From assembly GCA_964016885.1 (NCBI GenBank), contig OZ024741.1, forward strand, positions 157,666,001 to 157,730,000: a DNA stretch of 64,000 nucleotides, read 5' to 3'. The position numbers were made by a program, and so were the translations under genes. This DNA is from Eledone cirrhosa. Taxonomy: Eukaryota. Each line of letters begins with the position of its first letter. The first letter of the stretch is position 1. Below the pieces are notes generated by a model. That model was not told the origin of the DNA. It worked only from the letters and a program-made list of their open reading frames with translations, and did not search any database. This document shows, piece by piece, positions 1 to 13,881 of this stretch.

Positions 1-524
1 CCAAGAGTGTCTTGGCATCACTCGGCAAGACCTTTGTCAGCTGCTCTTCAGCTATCTATTTAAAGCTGTATATAACTATGGTGCAGCCACACTTATATTT
101 TGCATCCCCAATCTGAAACCCCTATCTTACTTAGAATATTGATCTCCTGAAAACTGATGAGAGACATGCAACCAAACGAATGCCCTCCATCAGGCATCTA
201 CCATACTTTGAATGCCTTTCTTCCCTGGGCATGGATATATTAAAGCTCCAACATCTGCCAACTGACTTAGTAGACACCCAGAAGATTATTAACCATTTTT
301 CCAACAACAACACTGAGCATCTTTTTGAATTCCATGTGTCTAACACCCGTGGACATGCTTACAAAATCAGAAAACAGTACAGCTCCTATGACTTTCTGAA
401 ACATTTTTTCACATTCAGAGTTGCTGAAGCATGGAACAAATTACCTGCATTGGTTGTTAGCTGTCAGGATACTGCATCCTTCAAAACTTCCATGCTTCCT
501 GAAATTCGCCAACTCTACACATGA
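1..524 (+). mobile_element. CR1/L2-group LINE, decayed 3' end of ORF2
   Basis: ORF 180-524 has the CR1-type C-terminal signature TRGH-x-YK...FFTFRVAEAWNKLP...VV...FK. The upstream frameshifted sequence reads KLYITMVQPHL...ATKRMP. Confidence 0.8.
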
Positions 525-706
525 TATTCCCCCTCCATAAACATGCATGCATGTGTGTGTGCGTGTGTGGTGCATGTGTGTGTATCATAACTCATACACA
601 GTTCACTTTCCTGGCATTTGTACATTATTTTACATACTATACATGCACTTTTGATGAGTTGTAGTGCACCTGAGCACTGTACACAATAATTATCTTTATT
701 ATATAT

Positions 707-842
707 AATTGTTTCTACTTTTTGGCACAAGGCCAGCAATTATCCAGTGCATTACTGGTACTTTATTTTATCGACCCCATAAGGATGAAAGGCAAAGTTA
801 ACCTCGGCGGGATTTGAACTCAGAATGGCAAGGGCCGTAACT
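707..842 (-). mobile_element. tRNA-derived SINE family A, 5'-truncated copy
   Basis: Reverse complement of the B-box (gagttcaaatccc), central gcctttcatcctt..gggtcgataaaataaagtaccag and tail ggccttgtgccaaaagtagaaacaatt, all shared with many copies in the window. Confidence 0.8.
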
Positions 843-874
843 TTATTATATATAATGTTTATATATAATATAAA

Positions 875-1066
875 GGTGGTGGATTGGTAGTATTGGTGGA
901 GCGTCAGACACCATACTTTGCAGCATAGAGTTATGGCCCTTTGCGTTCTGAGTTCAAATCCACCCCCGAGGTTAACTTTACCTTTCATCCTTACGGCGTC
1001 GATAAAATAAAGCACTAGTAATACACTGGGGTAATTGCTGGTCTTGTGCCAAAAGTAGAAACAATT
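875..1066 (+). mobile_element. tRNA-derived SINE family A, full length
   Basis: A-box-like tggtagtattgg, B-box gagttcaaatcc and the family 3' end gtgccaaaagtagaaacaatt. Matches the copy at 20212-20401. Confidence 0.85.
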
Positions 1067-1075
1067 ATTATATAT

Positions 1076-1265
1076 AATTGTTTCTACTTTTGGCACAAGG
1101 CCAGCAAATACGCAGTACATTACTGGTACTTTATTTTATCAACCCTGTAAGGATGAAAGGCAAAGTTAACCTCGGCGGGATTTGAACTCAGAATGGCAAG
1201 GGCCGTAACTCTATGCGTCAAAGCATGGCGTCCGATCCTCAACCGATACTGCCAATCCACTGCCC
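1076..1265 (-). mobile_element. tRNA-derived SINE family A, full length
   Basis: Near-exact reverse complement of 20212-20401. Lies tail-to-tail with 875-1066. Confidence 0.85.
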
Positions 1266-1481
1266 TTTATTATATATAATGTTGATGAAAATGATGAGTG
1301 TGTATATATAGATCTGTGTCCTTGATTTTCCTTTCACCTATGTCTGTGTAACATAGTAGTTTGACAAAAAAGATTAATAAAATATGTACTGGTGTCGATG
1401 TAATCAACTAAATTCCTTTAAGGAGGTGCCCCTGCCTTGCTGTTGTCTAATGGATGAAACTAGTAAAAGATACATGCATGT

Positions 1482-1730
1482 CATCATCATCATCATCATC
1501 ATCATCGTTTAACGTCCATCTTCCACGTTAGCATGGGTCTGGACGGGAATTGTCCCACTTGAGGCAAGATTGGTTGTCTTGCTCAGACTGTCTGACGAGT
1601 TTTCTACGGCTGGATGCCCTTCCTAACACCAACCACATTTACAGTGTGGACTGGGAGGTTGTTACCGTGTTACCTACACGGCCACATTACAGCGAGGACT
1701 GTGTGTGTTTTTTGTCGTGACACCTACACG
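1482..1730 (-). mobile_element. RTE LINE family 1 3' UTR fragment with (GAT)n tail
   Basis: (cat)n, gtttaacgtccatcttccac and ggatgcccttcctaacaccaaccac. Same 3' end as the ORF-bearing copies at 25175 and 33259. Confidence 0.75.
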
Positions 1731-1864
1731 ACCTCATATACAAAATGCATATTTGGAAACACACACATATACACATAAAAATATATGCACATGTGATTGA
1801 GTAAATAATTATTGTTTCTATATAGGTAAAAGGTCAGTAATTTTGGTGGAGATAAATGTCGATT

Positions 1865-2142
1865 GGCGCATGGCTTAGTGGTTAGAGCATTAGGCTTGTA
1901 ATCGAAAGGTTGTGAGTTCAATTCTCAAACCGGGTGATGTGTTGTTTCCTTGAGCAAGACACTTTATTTCACGTTGTTCCAGTTTACTCAGCTGAAAATG
2001 AGTACCAGCAATAACTGGAGGTTTAACCCAGCGATGGACTGGCGTCCTGTCCAGGGGGGAGTCTTGTACTCTCAGTCGCTTCACACCATGAAACCAGGAA
2101 AAGCACCAGCCAAATGAGCCTTCTGGCTAAAGACAGGCTTAA
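1865..2142 (+). mobile_element. tRNA-derived CORE-type SINE (family B)
   Basis: A-box tggcttagtgg, B-box gagttcaattc, then the CORE-like ccttgagcaagacacttt...ccagtttactcagctg. Confidence 0.75.
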
Positions 2143-2525
2143 AATGTCGATTACATCAACACCACTACTTGACTTGTACTTTATTTTATCGACCCAGGAA
2201 TGATGAAAGACAAAGTTGATCTCAGTGGGATTTGAACTCAGAAAGTAAAGACCCAGAACAAATACTGCTAATATGCCTGATGCTCTAACGATTCTGCCAA
2301 TCCCCCATCCTAGTGTACATCATAATAATTGTTTCTACTTTAGGCACAAGGCCAGCAATTTAATAGGGGTGGGGAAAGTCGATTACGGGTACTTTATTTT
2401 ATCGACCCCATACAGATGAAAGGCAAAGCTAACCACAGCAGGATTTTAACTGAGAACTTAAAGCATCAGACAACATGCCACAATGCATGTTGTCTGACGC
2501 TCTACCAATACTGCCAATCCACCAT
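2140..2525 (-). mobile_element. Two diverged SINE family A copies in tandem
   Basis: Two runs of tactttattttatcgaccc...gatgaaag..aaag...ggattt.aact, at about 2175-2240 and 2390-2455. Confidence 0.7.
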
Positions 2526-2646
2526 CATAGTAGTAATAATTTGTTAGCTGAAAGTAAATAGGACTCAATATGTAGCATGCGGTGTAGAGTAAATATTTAT
2601 TATAATATAATAAACATAAACAAAAGCTTACACTTAGATTGTCTTA

Positions 2647-2853
2647 ACACACAAACACACACACATACGCATGCTCACACACACACACGCACACATACAC
2701 ACATGTATGTGTATACACATACATACATACATAATACATACAATAAATACATAATACACACATAATACATACATAGATAGATAATACACACATAGTACAT
2801 ACATAGTACATACATAGTACATACATACATACGTAAGTAAGTACGAACATAGG

Positions 2854-2895
<42 letters not shown>
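2647..2895. repeat. Compound (CA)n/(CATA)n/(TA)n microsatellite
   Basis: Direct inspection. Confidence 0.9.
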
Positions 2896-2898
<3 letters not shown>

Positions 2899-3090
2899 GT
2901 TCATGTGTGTGATTGTTGATATAGGGAGCAGTGTAATTTTAAACAACATTACATATATAAAGAGCCTAGAACTCCAAACTCAGTGGATTTAGATAACATA
3001 CAACTGGCTCCATCAACAAAATAACATGGAGAGTGAAGTGGTGTAATTACACCCGAATAACTGCATCAATTATTTCAACCAAGTCAACAG

Positions 3091-6000
3091 TTGTTGTCTG
3101 TACACCCTCCCTACATATACACACACACACATACACTGTTGTCTGAACACTCTCCCCACACATACACTGTTGCCTGTACACTCTCCCCACACATACACTG
3201 TTGTCTGTACACTATCCCCACACATACACTGTTATCTGTACATTCTCCCCCCACATACACTGTTGCCTGTATACTATCCCCACACATACACTGTTATCTG
3301 TACATTCTCCCCACACATACACTGTTATCTGTACATTCCCCCCCCCCACATACACTGTTATCTGTACATTCTCCCCACACATACACTATTGTCTGCACAC
3401 TCTCCCCACACATACACTGTTATCTGTACATTCTCCCCCCACATACACTGTTGCCTGTACACTCTCCCCACACACACACTGTTGTCTGTACATTCTCTCC
3501 ACACATACACTGTTGTCCGTACATTCTCCCCACACATACACTGCTGCCTGTACACCCTCCCCACACATACACTGTTGTCTGTACATCCCCCCACACATAC
3601 ACTGTTGTCTGTACACTCTCCCCACACATACACTGTTGTCTGTACACACTCCCCACACACACACTGTTGTCTGTACACTCTCCCCGCACATACACTGTTG
3701 CCTGTACATTCCCCCCACACATACACTGTTGCCTGTACACTCTCCCCGCACATACACTGGTGTCTGAACACTCTCCCCACACATACACTGTTGTCTGTAC
3801 ACTCTCCCCACACATATACCTATTGTCTGTGCACTCTCCCCACACATACACTGCTGTCTGTACATTCTCTCCACACATACACTGTTGTCTGTACATTCTC
3901 CCCACACATACACTGTTGCCTGTACACCCTCCCCACACATACACTGTTGCCTGTAGATGCCCCCACACATACACTGTTGTCCGTACACTCTCCCCACACA
4001 TACACTGTTGTCTGTACACACTCCCCACACACACACTGTTGTCTGTATATTCTCCCCACACATACAATGTTGTCTGCACACTCTCCCCACACATACACTG
4101 TTGCCTGTACACTCTCCCCACACATACACTGGTGTCTGAACACTCTCTCCACACATACACTGTTGTCTGTACACTCTCCCCACACATATACCTATTGTCT
4201 GTACACTCTCCCCACACATACACTGTTGTCTTACATTCTCCCCACGCATACACTGTTACCTGTACACTCTCCCCACACATACACTGTTGCCTGGACACCC
4301 CCCCCCCATACACTGTTGCCTGTACACTCTCCCCACACATACACTGTTGCCTGTACACCCTCCCCAAACATACACTGTTGTCTGTATATCCTGCCCACAC
4401 AGACACTGTTGTCTGTACACTCCCCCCACACATTCACTGTTGTCTGTATATTCTCCCCACACATACACTGTTGTCTGTACACTCCCCCCACACATACACT
4501 GTTGTCTGTACATTCTCCCCACACATACACTGTTATCTGTACATCCCCCCCCCCACATACACTGTTATCTGTACATTCTCCCCACACATACACTGTTGTC
4601 TGCACACTCTCCCCACACATACACTGTTGTCTGTACATTCTCCCCACACATACACTGTTTCCTGGCCATCCCCCCCCCACACAAACACTGTTGTCTGTAC
4701 ACTCTCCCCACACATACACTGCTGCCTGTACACTCTCCCCACACATACACTGGTGTCTGAACACTCTCCCCACACATACACTGTTGTCTGTACACTCTCC
4801 CCACACATATACCTATTGTCTGTACACTCTCCCCACACATACACTGTTGTCTTACATTCTCCCCACGCATACACTGTTACCTGTACGCTCTCCCCACACA
4901 TACACTGTTGCCTGGACATCCCCCCCCCATACACTGTTGCCTGTACACTCTCCCCACACATACACTGTTGCCTGTACACCCTCCCCAAACATACACTGTT
5001 GTCTGTATATTCTCCCCACACAGACACTGTTGTCTGTACACTCCCCCCCACACATACACTGTTGTCTGTACATTCTCCCCACACATACACTGTTGTCTGT
5101 ACACTCCCCCCACACATAGACTGTTGTCTGTACACTCTCCCCACACATACACTGTTTCCTGGCCATCCCCCCCCACACATACACTGTTGTCTGTACACTC
5201 TCCCCACACATACACTGCTGCCTGTACACTCTCCCCACACATACACTGTTGCCTGTACACCCTCCCCAAACATACACTGTTGTCTGTATATTCTCCCCAC
5301 ACAGACACTGTTGTCTGTACACTCACCCCACACATACACTGTTGCCTGTACATTCTCCCCACACATACACTGTTGTCTGTACACTCCCCCCACACATACA
5401 CTGTTGTCTGTACACTCTCCCCACACATACACTGTTTCCTGGCCACCCCCCACACATACACTGTTGTCTGTACACTCCCCCCACACATTCACTGTTACCT
5501 GTACACTCTCCCCACACATACACTGTTTCCTGGCCATCCCCCCCCACACATACACTGTTACCTGTACACTCTCCCCACACATACACTATGTCTGTACACT
5601 CTCCCCACACATACACTATGTCTGTACTCTCTCCCCACACATATACTATTGTCTGTACATTCTCCCCACGCATACAGTGTTGTCTGTACACTCCGCCCAC
5701 ACATACACTGTTGCCTGTACACTCTCCCCACACATACACTGCTGCCTGTACACTCTCCCCGCGCATACACTGTTGTCTGCACATTCTACCACACATACAC
5801 TGTTGCCTGTACACTCTCCCCACACATACACTGTTATCTGTACATTCTCCCCCCACATACACTGTTGCCCGTATACTATCCCCACACATACACTGTTATC
5901 TGTACATTCTCCCCATGCATACACTGTTATCTGTACATCCCCCCCCACATACACTGTTGCCTGTACACTCTCCCCACACACACACTGTTGTCTGTACATT

Positions 6001-9000
6001 CTCTCCACACATACACTGTTGTCCGTACATTCTCCCCACACATACACTGTTGCCTGTACACCCTCCCCACACACACACTGTTGTCTGTACATTCCCCCCA
6101 CACATACACTGTTGTCTGTACACTCTCCCCACACATACACTGTTGTCTGTACATTCCCCCCCACATACACTGTTATCTGTACATTCTCCCCACACATACA
6201 CTGTTGTCTGCACACTCTCCCCACACATACACTGTTATCTGTACATTCTCCCCCCACATACACTGTTGCCTGTACACTCTCCCCACACACACACTGTTGT
6301 CTGTACATTGTCTCCACACATACGCTGTTGTCCGTACATTCTCCCCACACATACACTGTTGCCTGTACACCCCCCCCCCCACACATACACTGTTGTCTGT
6401 ACATTCCCCCCACATATACACTGTTGTCTGTACACTCTCCCCACACATACACTGTTGTCTGTACACACTCCCCACACACACACTGTTGTCTGTACACTCC
6501 CCCCGCACATACACTGTTGCCTGTACATTCCCCCCACACATACACTGTTGTCTGTATATTCTCCCCACACATACACTGTTGCCTGTACACCCTCCCCACA
6601 CACACACTGTTGTCTGTACATTCTCTCCACACATAGGCTGTTGTCCGTACATTCTCCCCACACATACACTGTTGCCTGTACACCCTCCCCACACAGACAC
6701 TGTTGTCTGTACATTCCCCCCACACATACACTGTTGCCTGTACACTCTCCCCGCACATACACTGGTGTCTGAACACTCTCCCCACACATACACTGTTGTC
6801 TGTACACTCTCCCCACACATATACCTATTGTCTGTACACTCTCCCTACACATACACTGCTGTCTGTACATTCTCTCCACACATACACTGTTGTCTGTACA
6901 TTCTCCCCACACATACACTGTTGTCTGTACACTCTCCCCACACATATACCTATTGTCTGTACACTCTCCCCACACATACACTGTTGTCTTACATTCTCCC
7001 CACGCATACACTGTTACCTGTACGCTCTCCCCACACATACACTGTTGGCTGGACATTCCCCCCCCCATACACTGTTGCCTGTACACTCTCCCCACACATA
7101 CACTGTTGCCTGTACACCCTCCCCAAACATACACTGTTGTCTGTATATTCTCCCCACACAGACACTGTTGTCTGTACACTCCCCCCCACACATACACTGT
7201 TGTCTGTACATTCTCGCCACACATACACTGTTGTCTGTACACTCCCCCCACACATAGACTGTTGTCTGTACACTCTCCCCACACATACACTGTTTCCTGG
7301 CCATCCCCCCCCACACATACACTGTTGTCTGTACACTCTCCCCACACATACACTGCTGCCTGTACACTCTCCCCACACATACACTGTTGCCTGTACACCC
7401 TCCCCATACATACACTGTTGTCTGTATATTCTCACCAGACAGACACTGTTGTCTGTACACTCACCCCACACATACACTGTTGTCTGTACATTCTCCCCAC
7501 ACATACACTGTTGTCTGTACACTCCCCCCACACATACACTGTTGTCTGTACACTCTCCCCACACATACACTGTTTCCTGGCCACCCCCCACACATACACT
7601 GTTGTCTGTACACTCTCCCCACACATACACTGTTTCCTGGCCATCCCCCCCACACATACACTGTTATCTGTACACTCTCCCCACACATACACTATGTCTG
7701 TACACTCTCCCCACACATACACTATGTCTGTACTCTCTCCCCACACATATACTATTGTCTGTACATTCTCCCCACGCATACAGTGTTGTCTGTACACTCC
7801 GCCCACACATACACTGTTGTCTGTACACTCTCCCCACACATACACTGCTGCCTGTACACTCTCCCCACACATACACTGTTGCCTGTACACCCTCCCCAAA
7901 CATACACTGTTGTCTGTATATTCTCCCCACACAGACACTGTTGTCTGTACACTCCCCCCACACATACACTGTTGTCTGTACACTCCCCCCACACATACAC
8001 TGTTTCCTGGCCACCCCCCCCCACACATACACTGTTGTCTGTACACTCTCCCCACACATACACTGCTGCCTGTACACTCTCCTCACACATACACTGTTGT
8101 CTGTACCCCCCCCCACGCACATACACTGTTGTCTGTACATTCTCCCCACACATACACTGTTGTCTGTACACTCCTCCCACACATACACTGTTGCCTGTAC
8201 ATATTCCTTACACACACACTGGTGCCTGTACACTCTCCCCACACATACACTGGTATCTGTACACTCTCCCCACACATACACTGTTGTCTGTACACTCTCC
8301 CCAGACATACACTGTTATCTGTACACTCTCCCCACACATACACTATGTCTGTACACTCTCCCCACACATATACTATTGTCTGTACATTCTCCCCACGCAT
8401 ACAGTGTTGTCTGTACACTCCGCCCACACATACACTGTTGTCTGTACACTCTCCCCACACATACACTGCTGCCTGTACACTCTCCCCGCGCATACACTGT
8501 TGTCTGTACATTCTACCACACATACACTGTTGTCTGTACACTCCCCCATGCATACACTTTTGTCTGTACACTCTCTCCACACATACACTGTTCTCTGTGC
8601 ACTCTCCCCACACACATACACTGGTGTCTGAACACTCCCCCCCCCCCCCACACATACACTGTTGCCTGTACATTCTCCCCACATATACACTGTTGTCTGC
8701 ACATTCCCCTCACACAAAAACCGTTGTCTGCACACTCCCCTCACACAAACACTGTTATCTGTATATTTTCCCCACACATACACTGTTCTCTGTACATTCC
8801 CTCCCCACACATACACTGTTGCCTGTACACCCCCCCCCGCACATACACTGTTGCCTGTACATCCCCCCACACACACACTGTTGTCTGTACACTTTCCCCA
8901 CACATACACTGTTTCCTGGCCATCCCCCCCCCCACACATACACTGTTGTCTGTACATTCTCCCCAAGCACATACACTGTTGTCTGTACATTCACCCCACA

Positions 9001-12000
9001 CATACACTGTTGTCTGTACGCTCCCCCCACACATACACTGTTGTCTGTACATTCCCCCCACACATACACTGTTGCCTGTACACTCTCCCCACACATACAC
9101 TGTTGTCTGTACATTCTCCCCACACATGCACTGCTGTCTGTACACTCTCCCCACACATACACTGCTGTCTGTACACTCTCCCCACACATACACTGTTGTC
9201 TGTACATTCTCCCCACACATACACTGTTGTCTGTACACTCTCCCCACACATACACTGTTGTTTGCACATTCTCCCCACACATACACTGTTGCCTGTACAT
9301 TCTCCCCACACATACACTGTTGTCTGTACACTCCCCCCACACATATACTGTTGTCTGTACATTCTCCCCACACATACACTGTTGCCTGTACACTCTCCCC
9401 ACACATACACTGTTGCCTGTACATTCTCCCCACACATACACTGTTGTTTGCACATTCACCCCACACATACACTGTTGTCTGTACATTCTCCCCACACATA
9501 CACTGTTGTCTGTACACTCTCCCCACACATACACTGTTGTCTGTACATCCTCCCCACACATACACTGTTGTTTGCACATTCTCCCCACACATACACTGTT
9601 GTCTGTACATTCTCCCCACACATACACTGTTGTCTGTACATTCTCCCCACATATACACTGGTGCCTGTACATTCTCCCCACACATACACTGTTGTCTGTA
9701 CACTCTCCCCACACATACACTGTTGTCTGTACATCCTCCCCACACATACACTGTTGTTTGCACATTCTCCCCACACATACACTGTTGTCTGTACATTCTC
9801 CCCACACATACACTGTTGTCTGTACATTCTCCCCACATATACACTGGTGCCTGTACATTCTCCCCACACATACACTGTTGTCTGTACACTCTCCCCACAC
9901 ATACACTGTTGTCTGTACATTCTCCCCACACATACACTGTTGTTTGCACATTCTCCCCACACATACACTGCTGTCTGTACACTCTCCCCACACATACACT
10001 GTTGTTTGCACATTCTCCCCACACATACACTGTTGTCTGAACACTCTCCCCACACATACACTGTTGTCTGTACACTCTCCCCACACATACACTGCTGTCT
10101 GTACACTCTCCCCACACATACACTGCTGTCTGTACACTCTCCCCACACATACACTGTTGTCTGTACATTCTCCCCACACATACACTGTTGTCTGTACACT
10201 CTCCCCACACATACACTGCTGTCTGTACATTCTCCCCACACATACACTGTTGTCTGTACACTCTCCCCACACATACACTGTTGTCTGTACACTCTCCCCA
10301 CACATACACTGCTGTCTGTACACTCTCCCCACACATACACTGCTGTCTGTACACCCTCCCCCCACATACACTGTTGTCTGTACATTCTCCCCACACATAC
10401 ACTGTTGTCTGTACACTCTCCCCACACATACACTGTTGCCTGTACATTCTCCCCACACATACACTGTTGTCTGTACATTCTCCCCACACATACACTGTTG
10501 TCTGTACATTCTCCCCACACATACACTGTTGTCTGTACATTCTCCCCACACATACACTGTTGTCTGTACACTCTCCCCACACATACACTGTTGTTTGCAC
10601 ATTCTCCCCACACATACACTGTTGTCTGTACACTCTCCCCACACATACACTGTTGTCTGTACACTCTCCCCACACTTACACTGTTGTCTGTACATTCTCC
10701 CCACACATACACTGTTGTCTGTACATTCTCCCCACACATACACTGTTGCCTGTACATTCTCCCCACACAATACACTGTTGTCTGTACATTCTCCCCATAC
10801 ATACACTGTTGTCTGTACACTCTCCCCACACATACACTGTTGTCTGTACATTCTCCCCACACATACACTGTTGTCTGTACATTCCCCCCACACATACACT
10901 GTTGTCTGTACATTCTCCCCACACATACACTGTTGTCTGTACACTCTCCCCACACATACACTGTTGTCTGTACATTCTCCCCACACATACACTGTTGTCT
11001 GTACATTCTCCCCACACACACACTGTTGTCTGTACATTCTCCCCACACATACACTGTTGTCTGTACATTCTCCCCACACATACACTGTTGTCTGTACACT
11101 CTCCCCACACATACACTGTTGTCTGTACATTCTCCCCACACATACATTGTTGTCTGTACATTCTCCCCACACATACACTGTTGTCTGTACACTCTCCCCA
11201 CACATACACTGTTGTCTGTACACTCTCCCCACACATACACTGTTGTCTGTACATTCTCCCCACACATACACTGTTGTCTGTACATTCTCCCCACACATAC
11301 ACTGTTGTCTGTACACTCTCCCCACACATACACTGTTGTCTGTACACTCTCCCCACACATACACTGTTGTCTGTACATTCTCCCCACACATACACTGTTG
11401 TCTGTACATTCTCCCCACACATACACTGTTGTCTGTACATTCTCCCCACACATACACTGTTGTCTGTACATTCTCCCCACACATACACTGTTGTCTGTAC
11501 ACTCTCCCCACACATACACTGTTGACTGTACATTCTCCCCACACATACACTGTTGTCTGTACATTCTCCCCACACATACACTGTTGTCTGTACACTCTCC
11601 CCACACATACACTGTTGTCTGCACACTCTCCCCACACATACACTGTTGTCTGTACATTCTCCCCACACATACACTGTTGTCTGTACATTCTCCCCACACA
11701 TACACTGTCATCTGTACATTCTCCCACACATACACTGTTGTCTGCACACTCTCCCCACACATACACTGTTGCCTGTACATTCTCCCCACACATACACTGT
11801 TGTCTGTACATTCCCCCCACACATGCACTGTTGTCTGTACATTCTCCCCACACATACACTGTTGTCTGTACATTCTCCCCACACATACACTGTTGTCTGT
11901 ACACTCTCCCCACACATACACTGTTGTCTGTACATTATCCCCACACATACACTGTTGTCTGTACACTCTCCCCACACATACACTGTTGTCTGTACACTCT

Positions 12001-12505
12001 CCCCACACATACACTGTTGTCTGTACATTCTCCCCACACATACACTGTTGTCTGTACATTCTCCCCACACATACACTGTTGTCTGTACACTCTCCCCACA
12101 CATACACTGTTGTCTGTACATTCTCCCCACACATACACTGTTGTCTGTACACTCTCCCCACACATACACTGTTGTCTGTACATTCTCCCCACACATACAC
12201 TGTTGTCTGTACATTCTCCCCACACATACACTGTTGTCTGTACACTCTCCCCACACATACACTGTTGTCTGTACACTCTCCCCACACATACACTGTTGTC
12301 TGTACATTCTCCCCACACATACACTGTTGTCTGTACATTCTCCCCGCACATACACTGTTGTCTGTACATTCTCCCCACACATACACTGTTGTCTGTACAC
12401 TCTCCCCACACATACACTGTTGTCTGTACATTCTCCCCACACATACACTGTTGTTTGCACACTCTCCCCACACATACATACACTGTTGTTTGTACACTCC
12501 CCCCC
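3091..12505. repeat. 31-bp minisatellite array, about 9.4 kb (about 300 units), consensus CCCCACACATACACTGTTGTCTGTACAYTCT
   Basis: Continuous tandem repetition of the 31-mer. The predicted ORFs in all six frames simply repeat one 31-aa (93-nt) translation. Confidence 0.98.
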
Positions 12506-12624
12506 ACACACACATACACCTACACACACAACTACATACATACACACACCTGCATACATACAAACACACATACCTATACAGACACACACACACCTACACA
12601 CAAACTACACACACACGCGCCTCT

Positions 12625-12948
12625 ATGGCCCCATTCACGAATAACCATGGATTTGTACCTAGAAGCTTTCCCTCCGAGGTACAAGCCTGGGCAAGGTTTA
12701 TTTATGGAAGACCAGTGGTCACCTAGGCATACCAGCCTCCCCTCTCCATGCCACCAATGTCATAGGGAAAGGCTATGGCTGATACAGCTTGGCACCAGTG
12801 ACGTCGCAACTCATTTCTACAGCTGAGTAAACTGGAGCAAAGTGAAATAAAGCGTCTTGCTCAAGAACACAATGCATCACCCAGTCCAAGAATCGAACTA
12901 CCAACCTTTCAGTTGCAAGCCCAATGCTCTAACCACTAAGCCATGCAC
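12625..12948 (-). mobile_element. CORE-type SINE (family B variant)
   Basis: Reverse complement of the tRNA head (accactaagccatgcacc, aatcgaac) and of the CORE-like cagctgagtaaactggagcaa...gtcttgctcaag. Confidence 0.7.
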
Positions 12949-12949
12949 C

Positions 12950-13190
12950 GTCACACACACCTACATACACACAAACACATGCATACACACCTATACAGAC
13001 ACAAACACACACACACACAAACACACACCTACACACACATACACACACCTACACACAGACACACCTACACACACAACCACCTGCATACATACACACATAC
13101 ACACACACATGCACACATACGCCTACACACACATATAAACCAACACACACACTTACACACACATACATTTACACACACACCCACACACCA
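12950..13190. repeat. Degenerate (CA)n tract
   Basis: Direct inspection. Confidence 0.85.
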
Positions 13191-13366
13191 AAATGTGCTT
13201 AAACCTCTGTTGATTCTGACAAGTGTTGCAATTGTTTGAACAATAGAACAGCTTGCTTGTGAATTAACATGAAAGTGGCTGAGCATTCCACAGACACATG
13301 CACTCTTAACATAGTTCTCAAGGAGATTCAGTGTTACACCTGAGTGGACTGAAGCAATATATCATG

Positions 13367-13545
13367 AACCCTTTAGCATTTACATTACTCTATATTTACT
13401 ATTGCATTTTAACAGTAAACACTTTATCTCACAAAATATTGAACCTATGAGATTTTGATATTATTTATTTTGAGAACAATACCTTAACATCAGTATGAGC
13501 AGCCGGTACGGCCAGTTTAAATAGAAAGAGGTGAGAGAATATCTT
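13367..13545. mobile_element. Partial piggyBac-type MITE, same family as 54748-54968, opposite orientation
   Basis: aaccctttagcatttacattactc...catcagtatgagcagcc...gaaagaggtgagagaat is the reverse complement of about 54780-54968. Confidence 0.7.
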
Positions 13546-13881
13546 ACAATCATGAGCCAAACACTCTAACCACTAAGCAAGATGCCTTCACACACACACA
13601 CACTTATGAATGTGTCAGTGTGTTTACGTTATGAAGACATGTAAGCACAAACGTTACTATGTACTAAAAAAACACAAACATTGTTGCTGTTATTTTATGT
13701 ATTAACATCAGTTCACGGTAAGTAATGGATATGGAATATGTGTTTATAAAACTGCATATATGTATGGTATATTAACCCATGCTAGTGTGGAAGATGGACG
13801 TTAAACGAAGAAGATGATGATGATGATGCTGAAGTTTATATTATATACATACTCTCTCTTTATATATATATATATATATAT

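Noticed and set aside
1865-1935. tRNA gene (also at about 12880-12948, 20212-20300 and 36350-36405)
   Set aside because: A and B boxes are present, but the cloverleaf is imperfect and each continues into a SINE body, so these are SINE heads.
3091-12505. CRISPR-like array (31-bp repeat)
   Set aside because: Units are directly adjacent with no unique spacers, there are no cas genes, and the context is eukaryotic.
3091-12826. Giant ORFs (up to 1978 aa) resembling His/Cys-rich, keratin-associated or zinc-finger proteins
   Set aside because: All six frames are open because the 31-nt unit lacks stop codons. Indels in the C-runs are frequent, and there is no frame preference or unique domain.
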